Source: Felis catus (taxonomy: Eukaryota). From it: a stretch of 64,000 nucleotides of DNA. This document shows, piece by piece, positions 13,291 through 26,329 of this stretch (its first letter is position 1; each line of letters begins with the position of its first letter). Position numbers and translations under genes: made by a program. Below the pieces are notes generated by a model. It worked only from the letters and a program-made list of their open reading frames with translations, did not search any database and had not been told where the DNA came from. The stretch covers positions 103,294,001 through 103,358,000 of the forward strand of contig NC_058373.1 of the NCBI RefSeq assembly GCF_018350175.1. The letters are read 5' to 3'.

Positions 13291-14439
13291 ACAGAGGCGC
13301 TCAACAGAGGCGCTCTTCACAAACCATTAACACTTGCCCTTCTTAACCTTAGTGTACCTCTTTCACCAGTTCTCTGAGGTGGGTATTGTTACCCCAGAAG
13401 TTGTGATGCAGGAACAAGGAGTGGCATATCCTTGTTGTCAGAGCTGTGCGGGGCACACTGGTCATTATGATGGCCAGTCTGACTCCACACCTTGCTTCTG
13501 GTCCCACCATCCCCTGTGGCCTCTGCAATTGTTCAGCAAAACCAAGACCGCAGGTTTTGATACCCACAACTCTCGGAAAGAGGCCTGCAAGCTAAATGAT
13601 GGGGGACCATTAGATGTAACATTTGAAGTGTGTGCATTGTTTAAAGCTAGCACAGCCTGTCAGGATGAGTTGTTAAAGCTCTGGTGTTGCTACGTCAAGA
13701 GTGGCCACATACGTGATATTTTAGTCCAATTTATAACCATCTTGTATTCCTGTGTAGAGACAGGACAGTGTAAGACTCCAAACATTATGTAGTGTAATTC
13801 TCTTTTTTTATTTTCATAGTGAGACATAAGAGGATCATGAGGTAGAACTTGGAGAATTTTTAATTAGAGAATAACACAGGGTAATATCTCAGGCATCTAG
13901 AATGCTGGAGAGGATAAGGTTTTCTGATTTAATAATTTATTTGGCAAACGCTTGAGTGCTCTCTGTACCAGACATTGTGCTAGCTCAGACAGAAAGGGGC
14001 TGACAATTTATAGACAAGTAAATAGCGGAGCACAGGGTAAAGATACTATAACAGTAGCCAGACTTGGCGGGGGGGGGGGGGGGGGGGGGAGGTATATATT
14101 TAGATCTTTAAAATTATTTTCATAGTTAATGGTAGCATAGTCTTGTTTTAAAATAAGATTTCCAGAAGGAAAGACATTCATTAATATGGCAAAATCTTTA
14201 TTGGAACACTTATAACCCAAGTCTGATCATGTGCCAAGTCAGCAAGTTTTAAAAGTCTTAGAAAATACACTTATAATATATATATGAACAAATACCTTAC
14301 CTAAAACATATTATAAAATGTGTATTGGTCATAGTGGAATTAGTCATTCGCTTCAAAATAAAAAATTATTAGAAGTGTCAGAAGCCAGGTGTGATTCTGG
14401 AGAAAGGGGTATCAGAAAACATTGAAATTTGACTGAATA

Positions 14440-14543
14440 TAAATACATATATACACACATATACATATGTATATACACATATACATATGTATACACACAT
14501 ATATAGACACATATATATGTGTATATATACACATATATATATG
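14440..14543. repeat. (TA)/(CA)/(TG) alternating microsatellite
   Basis: atacatatatacacacatatacatatgtatatac... Confidence 0.9.
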
Positions 14544-15519
14544 TCTAAAATTTATTTTGTCCTTCGATCTTTTAGCCAAGATTTTATGTTGACACTGAAT
14601 CTCTTTAATACAAATTGTAGTTAGAAAGCAAGAAACTTTTGAACATCTTGGGAAATAAGTAATATATAGAGTAAATGAAATCACTAGTTGATCCAGCCTA
14701 AAAAAATTTTATTGCAGGTAAACTTCAGACAGATTTCTCCTCCTTCCTTTCATATGCTCTGATTAATATAGGTCCTCCCTTTTAAAAAGTGGTAGCTTTT
14801 GAGAACATAGATTCAGTTCTCTGTCTGTAGCCTTCCATCTTCAGATTCATAGTAGTATATGCTGCTAGAAGGCGCCAGATGCCTGAATTAGCTACATAGG
14901 ATGCCCTGCATTATTACATATTATGTACTTTGAGAAACACTAAAGTAGTGTTTTTCCTTTCAAATTATGAATATGAATGTTTACCTTTTTCTTTGTATTT
15001 GCATGTGTACATAGGATCTTATTTTAATTATATAGAGTGGGTATCAAGGGCAAATAGGATATTTTTTAACCAAAATTAGCTTTATAACAAATAAATATCT
15101 TTTCTACTGAGAGAGGTACCTGCCAAGACAAAGAATAGATATATACAGATGTCTCAAAAGGTAGTTGTGTGCTAAGTGTGTTCCAGGAGCTGCTCTAGGT
15201 CCTGAAGGTAGAAACAATGCACAGCATCACGGTCTTACCCTCTCAAGAGCTTACTTTCTAATGTGAACTTGGAGGAACATAACAAAAGCTGTCATTTATT
15301 TACTAAATGCTCAGAAGAAAATAAAATGGGATTAGAGAGAACTAGATTGGAGTACTACTTAATATTTAATGTTACTAAAGGGATATAATTCAAGAAGTTG
15401 AATTGTTTGAATTTAAAATTATCATTTCAAGTGTACTAGATTCTCTCTACCCTCCAAGAGGTTTTCTAAACGTGTACAAAACAAAGTTCTGTTTCTATGC
15501 ACGAAGAATTAACTACAAA

Positions 15520-18125
15520 AATTCCCTACTTCTTCCTGCTGTGAACAACTGGAACACTGGACAAAATATATTAAATAACTTGTTGCAGACATTGGACACC
15601 AGGCAGCTCAGGCTTGTGATCTCTAAGAGAAGGTAACTTAAAGAGGCAGGCCTCCTGCCCCATCTTACTACCTGAAGCAGTGTCCAGGCTCAGGCTCTGG
15701 GATGAGGAACCAAACAGCCCTGTGATCTCACTGAGCTGAACCAGAGGTTACAGCTGAGGCAGCTAGAATTTTTGGAGGAGAGTACCAGAAATAGGGGGCT
15801 TCCCAGGGAGAAGGAGCTCTGGATAGCTGCAGGGGACATGTCTGGAGCTATTAGCTAATTTCTGCTTTACTTACGTGTGGGTAAAATTCCAGGGCAGAAA
15901 AAGAACCACCAGGAAGCTGTAGGTCAAATGATTTCTATAGCTCACAGAGTGCTAGGCATTAGTTTATGTTCCCACCTGCAGAGTGGAAAAAACTGCATAA
16001 TAAAGGGAAATAGGTGATACTCTTCTGAAGCCTCTGTCCTAAGTAATGAGGTTTAATTATCCCTAGATCAAAGCGTTCTCTGGTCTTGCACTGACAAAGC
16101 TTTAAAAGCAAGCCTTGAGAGAGAAAAACTTATCTGAAGTAACTTTAACTGCCAGAACAAGTTCAACACCCATAACAAAATCCAGTATCCCAAACTATAA
16201 AATTAAGTGTCTAGCATCCAATCAAAAGTTACCAGAAATGCAAAAAAAGGCAATAAAAAATGACCTATTAGTGAGGGGGGAAATAATAGAAACAAACCCA
16301 GAAATTACAAATGGAATTAATAGACACAAAGATAAAAACAACTGCTACAATATATTCCCTGTGGTCAGGAGCGTAGAGGAAACCATGAAGGTGTTGAAGA
16401 AAGAAATGAAAGAACAAAAGGACCCAACTGAAACATCCAAAGATGAAAAATTAAATGTCTAAAGTGAAAAGTGCAGATTAGGAGCTGAAGAAGAAAGGTC
16501 AGTGAACTTGGAAACCTAGTTAGTAGAAAATGTCTGATATGAGGCAAAGAGAAAAGACTGAAAAAAATGAAGAGAGCCCCAGTAGACTGTGAAAAATATC
16601 AGGTGGTCTCAAATATGTGTATTTGATGTCCTAGAAAAATAGGGGTAGAGGAGGAAGGAAAAGAATGGCCCAAAATTTTCCAGATTTGATGAAAATGATA
16701 AAGCCAATATCTAGAAATCTTGAAAGCAACCAGAGGAAAAAAAAAAGAGACAATATGCAGAAAGGAACAAAAGATGAAAAAAAAAATCTCATCAGTAATG
16801 TTGCATGACAGAAGACAATGGACCGACATCTTTAAAGTACCAGAAGGGAAGTCTAAAAGCAGAGAGAAGAACAGGAAGACTGTCAACCTAGAATTCTGTA
16901 TTTTGAAAATGAAAATAAAGATCTATTTCAAAGCTGAAAATATCACTAGCAAAGTAGCACAGAAAGAAATGTTCAAGTTTTTCAAGCAGAAGGAAAAAAA
17001 AAAACATGAAAATGTGGATTTACAGAGTACCCCAGACATGGTTAAAAATATATATATATAATATATAATATATATATATAATATATATATAATATATATA
17101 TAATATATATATAATATATATAATATATATAATATATATTATAATATATATAATATATATTATAATATATATAATATATATTATAATATATATAATATAT
17201 ATATGTAAACAGATATTTCTTCTTCTGAGTTCTCTAAGATTAATTGGTTAGAGCAAAATGAACACAAATGCTATGAGCGTATAACATGAGAGTGTAACTG
17301 TAAAATCAAGGGCAGGAGGGAGGAAATTGTAAGATTCTTATATTCTTTATCCCTAAAATGCAAGGTTGGTTCATCATTTAAAAATCAATGTAATCCACCA
17401 TTATCTGCTGATTAGAAAACCATATGATCATTTCAAGAGGTGCATAAACAGCATTTGATAAACTAAACACTAATTTGCAATGAAATCTCTCAGGAAACCA
17501 GGAATAGAAGGAAAGCCCTAACTTGATAAAAAGATACCTGTGAAAATCTTCTAGGTAACTGTACTTAATGGTGAAAGACTGAATGCTGCTCTCCCTTAGA
17601 TTGACACCAAGGAAGGAATGTTTGCCCCCAGTAGCTCTACTTCTCATTGTAACGGCGGCCCTGTATAGTACAGTACAGCAAGGAAAAAGACATAAAGTGC
17701 ATACAGCTTGGGGGCAGGCAGAGAAATGAAACATTTTTTATCTTCAGGCAATAAGATTATCCGTATAGAGAATCCTACAGTGGATACAAGAGAAAAAAAA
17801 ATTTTTTAATCTCAAACTAACAGAGATTTAGTGGGTTTATAAGATGCAAGACCAATATATAGAAATCATTGTTTTTCTGTACTAGCATTGAGCCGTTGAT
17901 AATGGAAAATTTGAAAACAAAGCACTCAAAATATTGTGTGGAATACGTGGCAGTAAATAGAATATATGCAGCACTACGTGATGAAAACTGCAAAACATTG
18001 AGATAAACTAGAAAAGATGTAAATGAAATGGAGAGATACATGTTAGTGAATTGGAAGACTTGAGGTGTCTGTTTTCTAAAAATTGATTTATAGATTCAAC
18101 ATAATTCCAACCAAAATCCCAGATT
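15520..18125 (+). mobile_element. Old, heavily deleted L1 (5' UTR/ORF1 and ORF2 fragments)
   Basis: ORF1-like fragments (RRQWTDIFKV at 16720..17061) and ORF2-like DNA (aatgcaaggttggttca, acttaatggtgaaagactgaatgc). Confidence 0.8.
17048..17203. repeat. Pure A/T (TA)n-type tract, ~155 nt
   Basis: Only A and T; units of tatatataa / tatatattataa. Confidence 0.95.
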
Positions 18126-18297
18126 TTTCTTTTGGGGGGGGGTGCAAGTGAATGTACACCTATAACATGTGAAACAAATGTATATTGGTTTCTGACATGA
18201 GCTCCTAAAATCCTTGTAATCTCCTAAGTGATAGGAGTGTCTGACACAGCTTATAAATCCCCTGGAATGTCTCAGGTAAGAGTTGTGGCTTTCATTC

Positions 18298-18501
18298 TTT
18301 TTTTAAAGTCTATTTATTTTGAGAGAAAGAGAGTGTGTATGCATGGTGGGGGGGTGGGCAGGGAGGGAAAGAGAGAATCGCAAGCAGGCCGCAAGCTGTC
18401 AATGTGGAGCTTGACACAGGGCTCAATCCCACAAACCATGAGATCATGACTTGAGCTGAGATCGAGTTGGAGCTTAACTGACTGAGCCACCCAGGAGCAC
18501 C
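18298..18501 (-). mobile_element. CanSINE within LTR
   Basis: Reverse head ...gagccacccaggagcacc; TSD about ttt(c/t)attct. Confidence 0.9.
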
Positions 18502-18696
18502 TTTTATTCTAATGAGATGACCCTTGGTGGTCTTCTAGATGGGGGCTGGTCACTGGAAAGACCAAGCCATGATTAGAAGCTTGGAACTTTCACCCCCCAC
18601 CCTCCCCATTCTCCAGAGAGGGGAGGGGGCTAGAAATTGCATTAATAATTCATCATAAGCCTACATGATAAAGCCTCCATAAAAAGGTTGGTGTTT

Positions 18697-18897
18697 GGGG
18701 CACCTGGGTGGCTAAGTCAGTTAAGCATCTGACTCTTGATTTTGGCTCAGGTCATGATCTCATGGTTCGTGAGTTCGAGTCTGGCTCCTCGCTGACAGTG
18801 CTAAGACTGCTTGGGATTCTCTGTCTCCCTTTCTCTCTGCTTCTCCCCCATGCTTTTCTTCTCTCAAAACTAAGTGAACTTTAAAAAAAAAAAAAAA
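18697..18897 (+). mobile_element. CanSINE within LTR
   Basis: ggggcacctgggtggctaagtcag... plus A tail; degenerate TSD (tggtgtttgg / tggtatttgg). Confidence 0.9.
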
Positions 18898-19374
18898 CAG
18901 TATGGTATTTGGAGAGTTTCTGCATTGGCGAACACAGCCATGTGCGGGGGGGGGGGGGGGGGTGGTATACTCCAAGGGAACAGAAACTCCTACACTCAAG
19001 ACGCCTCCAGACCTCTTTTGTACTTCTTTATCCGGATGTTCATTTGAATCCTTTGGAATATCTTTTGTAATAAATCAGTAATAATAAGTACACTTTTCCT
19101 GGGTTCTGTGAGTTGCTGTAGCAAATTATTGAACCTGAGATGGGGAGGGCAGGTCATAGAAACCATCGATTTATAGCCAAGTTGGACTAAAGTTGTGAGT
19201 AACCTGGGGACCTAGTACTTGTGATTGATGTCTGAAGTGGAGACAATCTTGCAGGACTGAACCTTCAACCTTTGGGGTCTGTGGTAACAGAAGGGCATGG
19301 TGTGGAAAACTCACAGACTGGGTGTCCAATGTATTGTGAGGGTAAATAAATAATAAGAGTTATTTTCTGTTCAC

Positions 19375-19830
19375 CATATGACCATAAGTGTTTACCCAGA
19401 ACTGAAAATATATATGCACAGCTTTACTCATGATAGCACAAAAATGGGAATAATGTAAATATCCATCAGCTGATGAATAAAGAAATTACAGTATATTCAT
19501 ACAATGGAATACAACTATAAAAGAAAAAGGAACAAGCTATGTATACACACAGCAACAGACGTAAATCTTAAAAGCGTTTGGTAATTTAGAGAAGCTAAAT
19601 ACAGAAGACTAAGTTTTTATTTATATGAAACTCCAGAAAAGCAGACCAGTGATTGTTGGGAAAGTGGGGAACAGGATTGGCTGCAAAGTGTCATGAAGGC
19701 ACTATTTGGGATGGAGCTAAATCTTGAAGAAATGGTTACATGACCATTTGTCAAAGTCATCAAACTGTGCGCTTAAAATTGGTGAATTTTATTAAATGTA
19801 AAGTACACTTAGAGCTTATTTTTAATGTAT
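19375..19830 (+). mobile_element. Old L1 3' end (L1MC/ME-like)
   Basis: aaatatccatcagctgatgaata, atacaatggaatac, catttgtcaaagtcatcaaactgtg. Confidence 0.7.
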
Positions 19831-21106
19831 TCAAAACAGTTTTTCATAAACTCACGTGAGTAGTATGAGTGCCTTGAGAAACTAATACAATCTTATGCTG
19901 AAGTGATACAAGCAGAATTGTTTGCTCATTGTAATCAGCATATGTAGATGGAAGTGTTCTGTATGGAGACCTCGAAATGAATGTAGATGGACAGAACTGG
20001 ATTCTCCCCAGGAGAATAAAGGGACTTGGAGCCAGGAGTTTTGAAGAAAATTGGAAGGAATGGGAGATGTTTCACTAAGAGAAGGAAACATTGGAAGTGA
20101 GATCCAAACCGTTGTCTTTAGATATTTGAAGGACTCTTGTATGAGAGGGATTGGATTTTTTTTTCCCCCTAAATGTTCTGGCTGCAGAAAGATAGGTTTC
20201 TACCTACCACAAAGCTTCCCAGGCTATTCAGTTTGGGAAGTTTTTTAGACTGGATGGTATTGGCAAGGATGGTGTATTGTCAAGGAGATTCTAGAAACTT
20301 CAGAAGAATGTGCCTAAATTTCAACTTGTGTTAATACTTTTTTAATTGGGTACTGTGGCTGCACAAATGACCTAAATTCACTGGCCTCCCCGATCTCTCC
20401 TGCTTAATCTCTCTGCCCCAGCTGACTGCTTTGATTATGGCTTGCTTTTGTAATTCATTTCTTATAAATTTGGCTTCCCTGATACCATACTTCCCTGGTT
20501 CTCCTCTGGCTTCACTTCTGGTTCTTCCTTCCTACTGAGGGAAAGAGGGTTTGATAGGTGACAACTATATCACTTTTGAAGGGATTTGCAAAACAATGAT
20601 CTGAGAGATTGTAAGTGATTATGAAAATGTATGTAAGTCTCTCCCCCCCCCCCCCCCCGCAATTTGGAAATTCTTTTGTAAAACAAAAAACAAACAATGA
20701 AATAAGATAGAGTATGCAAGGCAATTGTAGACCCACCCATGCACTAAGGAAATCACTTATCCTCTCCAAGTGAATTTCCTTATTTGACAAATGGGGATAA
20801 TTATGTCTATATTATAGTTGTTGTGTGGATCAAATGATTAAGTGAAATAACATACATGCAAATACTCTACCTTGATAAAGCACTATAGATGCAGAAACTA
20901 TTGCTAATTTGGTTATTAAGGTGCAGGTGTTTACCTTATTTTATGAATCTGTTTATTTTTAGTTACACTTGGATCCAAGCAGAGTATTTTGTGCATTGTA
21001 TATTACTACTCTAATTAACATGTAAATATGTGACTTAGAAATGGCTGACTTCCCAAGTACCATAAATGAGACTTGTCTGCTCTGGTCTCATGTAGCTTTA
21101 CCACTT

Positions 21107-21314
21107 TAAAAAAAAAAAAAAATTTAATGTTACTTATTTTTTGAGAGAGAGCATGAGCAGGAGAGGGGCAGAGAGAGGAGACGCAGAATCCAAAGCAGAG
21201 TCTAGGTTCCAAGCTGTCAACACAGAGCCCGATGTGGGGCTCGAACCCACAAACCATGAGATCATGACCTGAGCTGAAGTCTAATGTTCCACCAGCTGAG
21301 CCACCCAGGCACCC
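21107..21314 (-). mobile_element. CanSINE
   Basis: Full reverse copy; TSD about tcatgtag(c/t)tt. Confidence 0.92.
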
Positions 21315-22124
21315 ACCCCATCATGTAGTTTCACTCTTGAAGTTTCTTCAATGGGTGGCATCTTGTGGGCTTACCATTCAGCACAGGTTCCATCCACTAG
21401 ATAGCAACGCATATTCATCAAATTTATTTATATTCTCTTTCCAAAACATTAGATGTAGGGCAGGTTTATTTTAGGCCACAGTCTACGGGCAGAGTCCTAA
21501 GGCAGATCTGTTTTTCATGTGACTTCCTTTTAGCTAGATAGCTATACTTAGCAACACAGCATTAACCCTGGTCATTTTAGTGGCAGTTCTAGGAGTTCTG
21601 TTCCACAGCATCACCCAAGGAATAAACATTGTGTTATCTACTGCCTGGATAGACCTTTTGATCAATAGCAATCATCTTAATGACTTAATAGCCAAGTCAG
21701 ATCTCAGTCCCCACCACACTCAATACCAAGCCGTTTTACTTTCCTATTGATTGTTTGATTGTGTGTAAATGGATTACCTATAGATTTTCCACATCGGACT
21801 ATTTTCATTGAGATGACCCTTACCCCCATTCTTGTCTTTCAGTCCTTAATGTCTCAAGGAATGTAAGCTAATTTTAATAAATAGCTGAAGTTGGGGAGGG
21901 AATGATAAAGATAATTCTTCTCCATACCTAGAATATATTCTTACAATGGAAAATGGCATTTAAAATCTGTGCCACTTCTTTCCTCTTTTACCAGAAATGT
22001 GCCCAAGGACTCTGGGAGTTGCAGGGGGCTTACCTTCACCCTAAGTAGCTCACTCCTGATCTGACGTTCTTTCCACTGTCACACTACGTCTTACTGCTGT
22101 CTTCATCACAATTTGATTCTTGTA

Positions 22125-22348
22125 TTTTTTTTAAATTTTTTAATGTTTTTTATTTATTTTTGAGACAGGGAGAGACAGAGCATGAACAGGGGAGGGTCAG
22201 AGAGTGGGAGACACAGAATCCAAAACAGGCTTCAGGCTCTGAGCTGTCGGCACAGAGCCCGACACGGGGCTTGAACTCACGGACCGCGAGATCATGACTT
22301 GAGCCGAAGTCGGCCGCTTAACCGACTGAGCCACCCAGGCGCCGTCCC
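22125..22348 (-). mobile_element. CanSINE (relatively young, CpG-retaining)
   Basis: TSD tgattcttgtatt on both sides. Confidence 0.93.
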
Positions 22349-23266
22349 TGATTCTTGTATTATGTAACATACATAATACAAGATTTCTTTGGATCAAGTT
22401 CTTAACAAATATAGCCAGAATATAAAAGTTTTAAGATAGAATATGCACAGAACAAGGCATTTTTGTATACGAGACTTTTATCCATTTTTGGTAGTGACCT
22501 GTTCACCTGCGCTTGTTCTGAAAGCCCTTGGCGCTACACTAGATGCTTTGACTCATTTGCCTGAGGGTTTCATAATCTAATATGACTCAAGATCTCTTTA
22601 CTTATTCCAGACTTCTTTTAAATATACAGCCTACAGACAAATATTGATGAACATGTGAGAATTGAAGATACGGGGTTTTTAAGAGCCCTTACTGAAGAAA
22701 TTCCCAAAAGACAAATTTCGGCCAAGCAAGGAGGTAAATGGGGAATCTGTGGCAAAGAGACTGGCATCTCAGCATCAAATTCATTGCGCTCTGTAGGGCC
22801 AAAACAAAAGAGAACTTGGTTGACACAGAAGGGCAATGTCATAAATTCTGACAATGTAGAAATAATAATAAAGGTGACAGGAAGACTTAGGGTGCGAGGT
22901 AGTGTATGCATGCTAATATCCTCAGATGGTACTGCTGGGAGACAAACTGTCACTTAAAGATATAAGTATATTTAATGGTTAAAAAAATTATAAAATCAAT
23001 TAAAAATATGTGGGAGGATGGTAGAGAGATAATTCAAATATTCTTATCATTGCTAATGATAAGTTAATGAGTACAACCATATTTATATAGTTGTATACAA
23101 AAAAGTAACCACAAGAATAGAAATAGAACCCTTCTAAGTAATCATATAAAACAAAGAATTTAAGGCAAAAACCAGACCATGATGTGAAAGATTTTTTTAA
23201 ATGACAGTACAGAAGCTCAGAAATAGAAATTTTAAAAAAAAATTTACGATAGCATTTAAAAATGTA

Positions 23267-23477
23267 GGGGTGCCTGGGTGGCTCAGTCGGTTAATCGTCC
23301 AACTTTGGCTCAGGTCATGATCTCATGGCTCGTGGGTTTGAGCCCCGCGTTGGGCTCTGTGCTGACAGATCAGAGCCTGGAGCCTGCTTTAGATTCTGTG
23401 TCTCCCTCTTTCTCTCCCCCTTCCCCACTCATGCTCTGTCTCTCAAAAATAAACATTAAAAAGAAATTAAAAAAAAA
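23267..23477 (+). mobile_element. CanSINE
   Basis: ggggtgcctgggtggctcagtcggttaatcg... plus A tail; TSD about aaaaatg(t/c)a. Confidence 0.92.
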
Positions 23478-23486
23478 TGCAAACTA

Positions 23487-24061
23487 CAGTTGATCCTCAT
23501 TATTCATAGAGTTCATATTTGCAAATTTCCTTTGTAAAATCTATATGTGTAGAACTTCCCAGTTATTTGTAGGCATGGGCAGCACGGTAAAAATGTTAAG
23601 TTGCCAGCTGAGGTTGAAAAAGTTTTCAATCTGTCTTATTTCAGCTTTCATATTGTAGACAATGATTTTTTTTTTAAGTTATTTATTTTAAGGGGGGGGG
23701 GGTGGAGGGAGGGGCAGAGAGAGGGGAAGAGAGAGAGTCCCAAATAGGCTCTGCAGTGTCAGCGCAGCCCAATGTGGGGCTCAAACTCAACAGAACCAGG
23801 AGATCATGACCTGAGCCAAAACTGAGAGACGCTTAACTGACTGAGCCACCCAGATTCCCCAGTAGACCATTATTTCTAAGAAATACGTATTAAACAAGGT
23901 ATCTTTAAACAGAAACACATAAAACAAGGTTATGTATTGATCGATTGACAAAAATGTGATTAAAAGCTCACAAGAACCTGCATTTTTCCAAGATATTCAC
24001 TAATTCATTGTTGACAACAACCTTATAGAACGTAACTGCTATGAACAACAAGAATTAACTG
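23487..24061. mobile_element. Non-autonomous TcMar-Tigger-type DNA transposon (possibly MER82-like), interrupted by a SINE
   Basis: TA|cagttgatcctcattattcatag ... ctatgaacaacaagaattaactg|TA: 23-nt imperfect terminal inverted repeats (18/23 match) with a TA duplication. Confidence 0.8.
23665..23860 (-). mobile_element. CanSINE inside the Tigger element
   Basis: TSD gtagac(a/c)at(g/t)attt. Confidence 0.9.
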
Positions 24062-24285
24062 TACTTGGGGATGATTCTAACGAATAATGTGCAAGATACT
24101 TCTACACTGAAAATGAAAAAGCATTGCTAAAATATATATCATATTTCTAAATATGTAGAGAGATATACCACGTTTATAGAAATGTGCTATATACAGAAAA
24201 CTCAGTACTGTTAATTCTTCCCAAAATTATTTGTGAATTCAATACAATCCCAATCAAAATTCCAATAGGCTATTTTTTCTTTTCC

Positions 24286-24287
<2 letters not shown>

Positions 24288-24361
<74 letters not shown>

Positions 24362-24365
24362 TTTC
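24288..24365. repeat. (TTTC)n tetranucleotide microsatellite
   Basis: About 18 consecutive tttc units. Confidence 0.95.
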
Positions 24366-24395
24366 TTTTTTTTTTTTAAAGAAATTGACAAGCTA

Positions 24396-24608
24396 AGGGG
24401 CACCTGAGTGAGTCAAAGTTGGTTAAGCGTTGGAATCTTGATTTTGACTCAGGTCATTATCTCACAGTTGGTGAGTTTGCGCCCCTGGGTCTGTACTGAC
24501 AGCGAGAGCCTGCTTGGGATCCTCTCTCTCCCTCTCTCTCTGCTCCTCCCCTGCTCACATGCACACACTGTCTCTCAAAAACTAAACACATGTTTAAAAA
24601 AAAAAAAG
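24396..24608 (+). mobile_element. CanSINE
   Basis: TSD agaaattgaca(a/t)gct. Confidence 0.9.
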
Positions 24609-24934
24609 CTTTAGAAATTGACATGCTGATTGTAAAATATTCACTTGAAAATGCAGAAACATAAAAACAAAAAATAGTTTTGAAAATTTTTAAAGCTGCA
24701 AGAATCAACAGTGTGACATTGATGTAAAGATAATAGAAACAGATCAACAGAATAGAGTCCAGAAATTGACTCACACATATATGTTGATTTTCAACAAAGA
24801 TGCAAAGGCAATTCATTTGAAAAAAGATAGCCCTTTAAATAGATGATGCTAGAAATGGACATCCATATGCAAAAATGTGATTTTTGATCCATACCTTTTA
24901 TCAGATCAAACATTAGATCAAAATGGATGATAGA

Positions 24935-25165
24935 GGGGCGCCTGGGTGGCGCAGTCGGTTAAGTGTCCGGCTTCAGCCAGGTCACGATCTCGCGGTCCGT
25001 GAGTTCGAGCCCCGTGTCAGGCTCTGGGCTGATGGCTCAGAGCCCGGAGCCTGTTTCCGATTCTGTGTCTCCCTCTCTCTCTGCCCCTCCCCCGTTCATG
25101 CTCTGTCTCTCTCTGTCCCAAAAATAAATAAATGTTGAAAAATAAAATTAAAAAAAACAAAAAAA
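24935..25165 (+). mobile_element. Young felid SINEC_Fc-type SINE
   Basis: ggggcgcctgggtggcgcagtcggttaag...cagccaggtcacgatctcgcggtccgtgagttcgagcccc. CpG-rich, with a perfect 16-nt TSD caaaatggatgataga (24919-24934 / 25166-25181). Confidence 0.95.
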
Positions 25166-26329
25166 CAAAATGGATGATAGACCTAAATCTAAAACTTCTA
25201 AAAGGAAACCTAGAAAAGCCTTTATGATTTTGGTTTAGACAAAGATTTCTTAGACTCAAGAGCATGATTTATAAAAGAAAAAAATTATTAGAGATAAAAA
25301 TTAACTTCTCTTTGAACTAAACTCTTCAGAGAATAAAAAGAGGAGCTACAGAGTGGGGGGAAATATTTGCAGATCATACATCTGATAAAGAATTTGCATT
25401 CAGGATGTATAAAGAATCCTCAAAACTCCGTAAGAAGACCTAATTTTTTAAAAATAAGCAAAAGACTTGAACACTTTCCAAAGAATATAGAGAGATGGCA
25501 GCCCATGAAAAGATTGACAGTGTCATTGGGAAAATACAAATTAAAACCACAATGAGCTATCACTACAGACTCATAAGGATGGCTAAAATCGAAAGACAGC
25601 AATACCAAGGGCTGACAGGATGTGGAGCAGCTGGAACTCACGTTCACTGCTTATCAGAATGCAAAATGCTGCAATCAATTTGAAAAATAATTTGGCAATT
25701 TCTTAAAAAGTTAAACATATACCTACCATGTGCCCAGCTATTCTACTCCTAGGTATTTACCCAAGAGAAAAGAAAGGATATGTTTATACAAACACATCTA
25801 CATAAATGTTCACAACAGCCTTATTTGTAGTCGCCAAAAGCTAGAACCTGATATCCATCAACAGATGAATTATATAAGCAAGTTGTACTATATCCTTAAA
25901 AGGGAGTACCACTTCACAATAAAATGTAGTAATGAACTGTTGATACATATAGCAACATGAATGAATCTCAAAATGACGATGCTAAATAAAAGAAGCCAGA
26001 TCCCCCAAAAAGTACATAATTTAAAATTCCATTTCTATAAAATTCTAGAAAATACAAACTAGTCTGTAGAGACAGAAAACAGTTAATTGACTGCCTGAGT
26101 ATGAGGGCCTGGCAGGGAAGATTGAATTACAGAGGAGCATGGTGAGACAATTTCTGTGGTTTATGGGAATGCACATTATTTTGATTGTAATGGTGGTTTT
26201 ATAGGTATATAAACATGTCAAGACTTATTAAATTATACATTTTAAGTAGATGCAATTTATTGTGTCTTAATTCTACCTCAGTAAAGCTGTTTTTAATAAG
26301 ACAGTAGTAGCAATACAGGCAGAAAATAT

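Larger units (their letters stand above)
18168..19374 (+). mobile_element. Solo LTR, MER21-like, carrying two SINEs and splitting an old L1
   Basis: 'gagctcctaaaatccttg', 'aaagaccaagccatgattagaagcttggaactttca' and 'aacctggggacctagtacttgtgattgatgtctgaagtgg' are MER21-family-like. It begins TG and ends CA, and L1 sequence resumes after it. Confidence 0.7.
24062..26295 (+). mobile_element. Old L1 3' half (L1MB/MC-like), carrying two SINEs and a (TTTC)n tract
   Basis: ttcaatacaatcccaatcaaaattcca, aacagaatagagtccagaaat, ctcctaggtatttacccaagagaa, ttctacctcagtaaagctg. Confidence 0.85.

Noticed and set aside
13289..13314. 13-nt tandem duplication caacagaggcgct x2 (also a 23-nt repeat at 58912-58963 and the 28-nt repeat at 6346-6402)
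   Set aside because: Two-copy local slippage duplications with no spacer array; not CRISPR-like and no sign of function.
13334..13792. 152-aa ORF (and the 150-aa ORF at 10898-11350)
   Set aside because: No similarity to any protein family I recognise, non-ATG starts, and partly over old repeat-like sequence.
24923..25265. ORFs like GAWVAQSVKRPTSAQVMIS / VREFEPRVRLWAD, recurring throughout the window
   Set aside because: Translations of CanSINE sequence, not genes.
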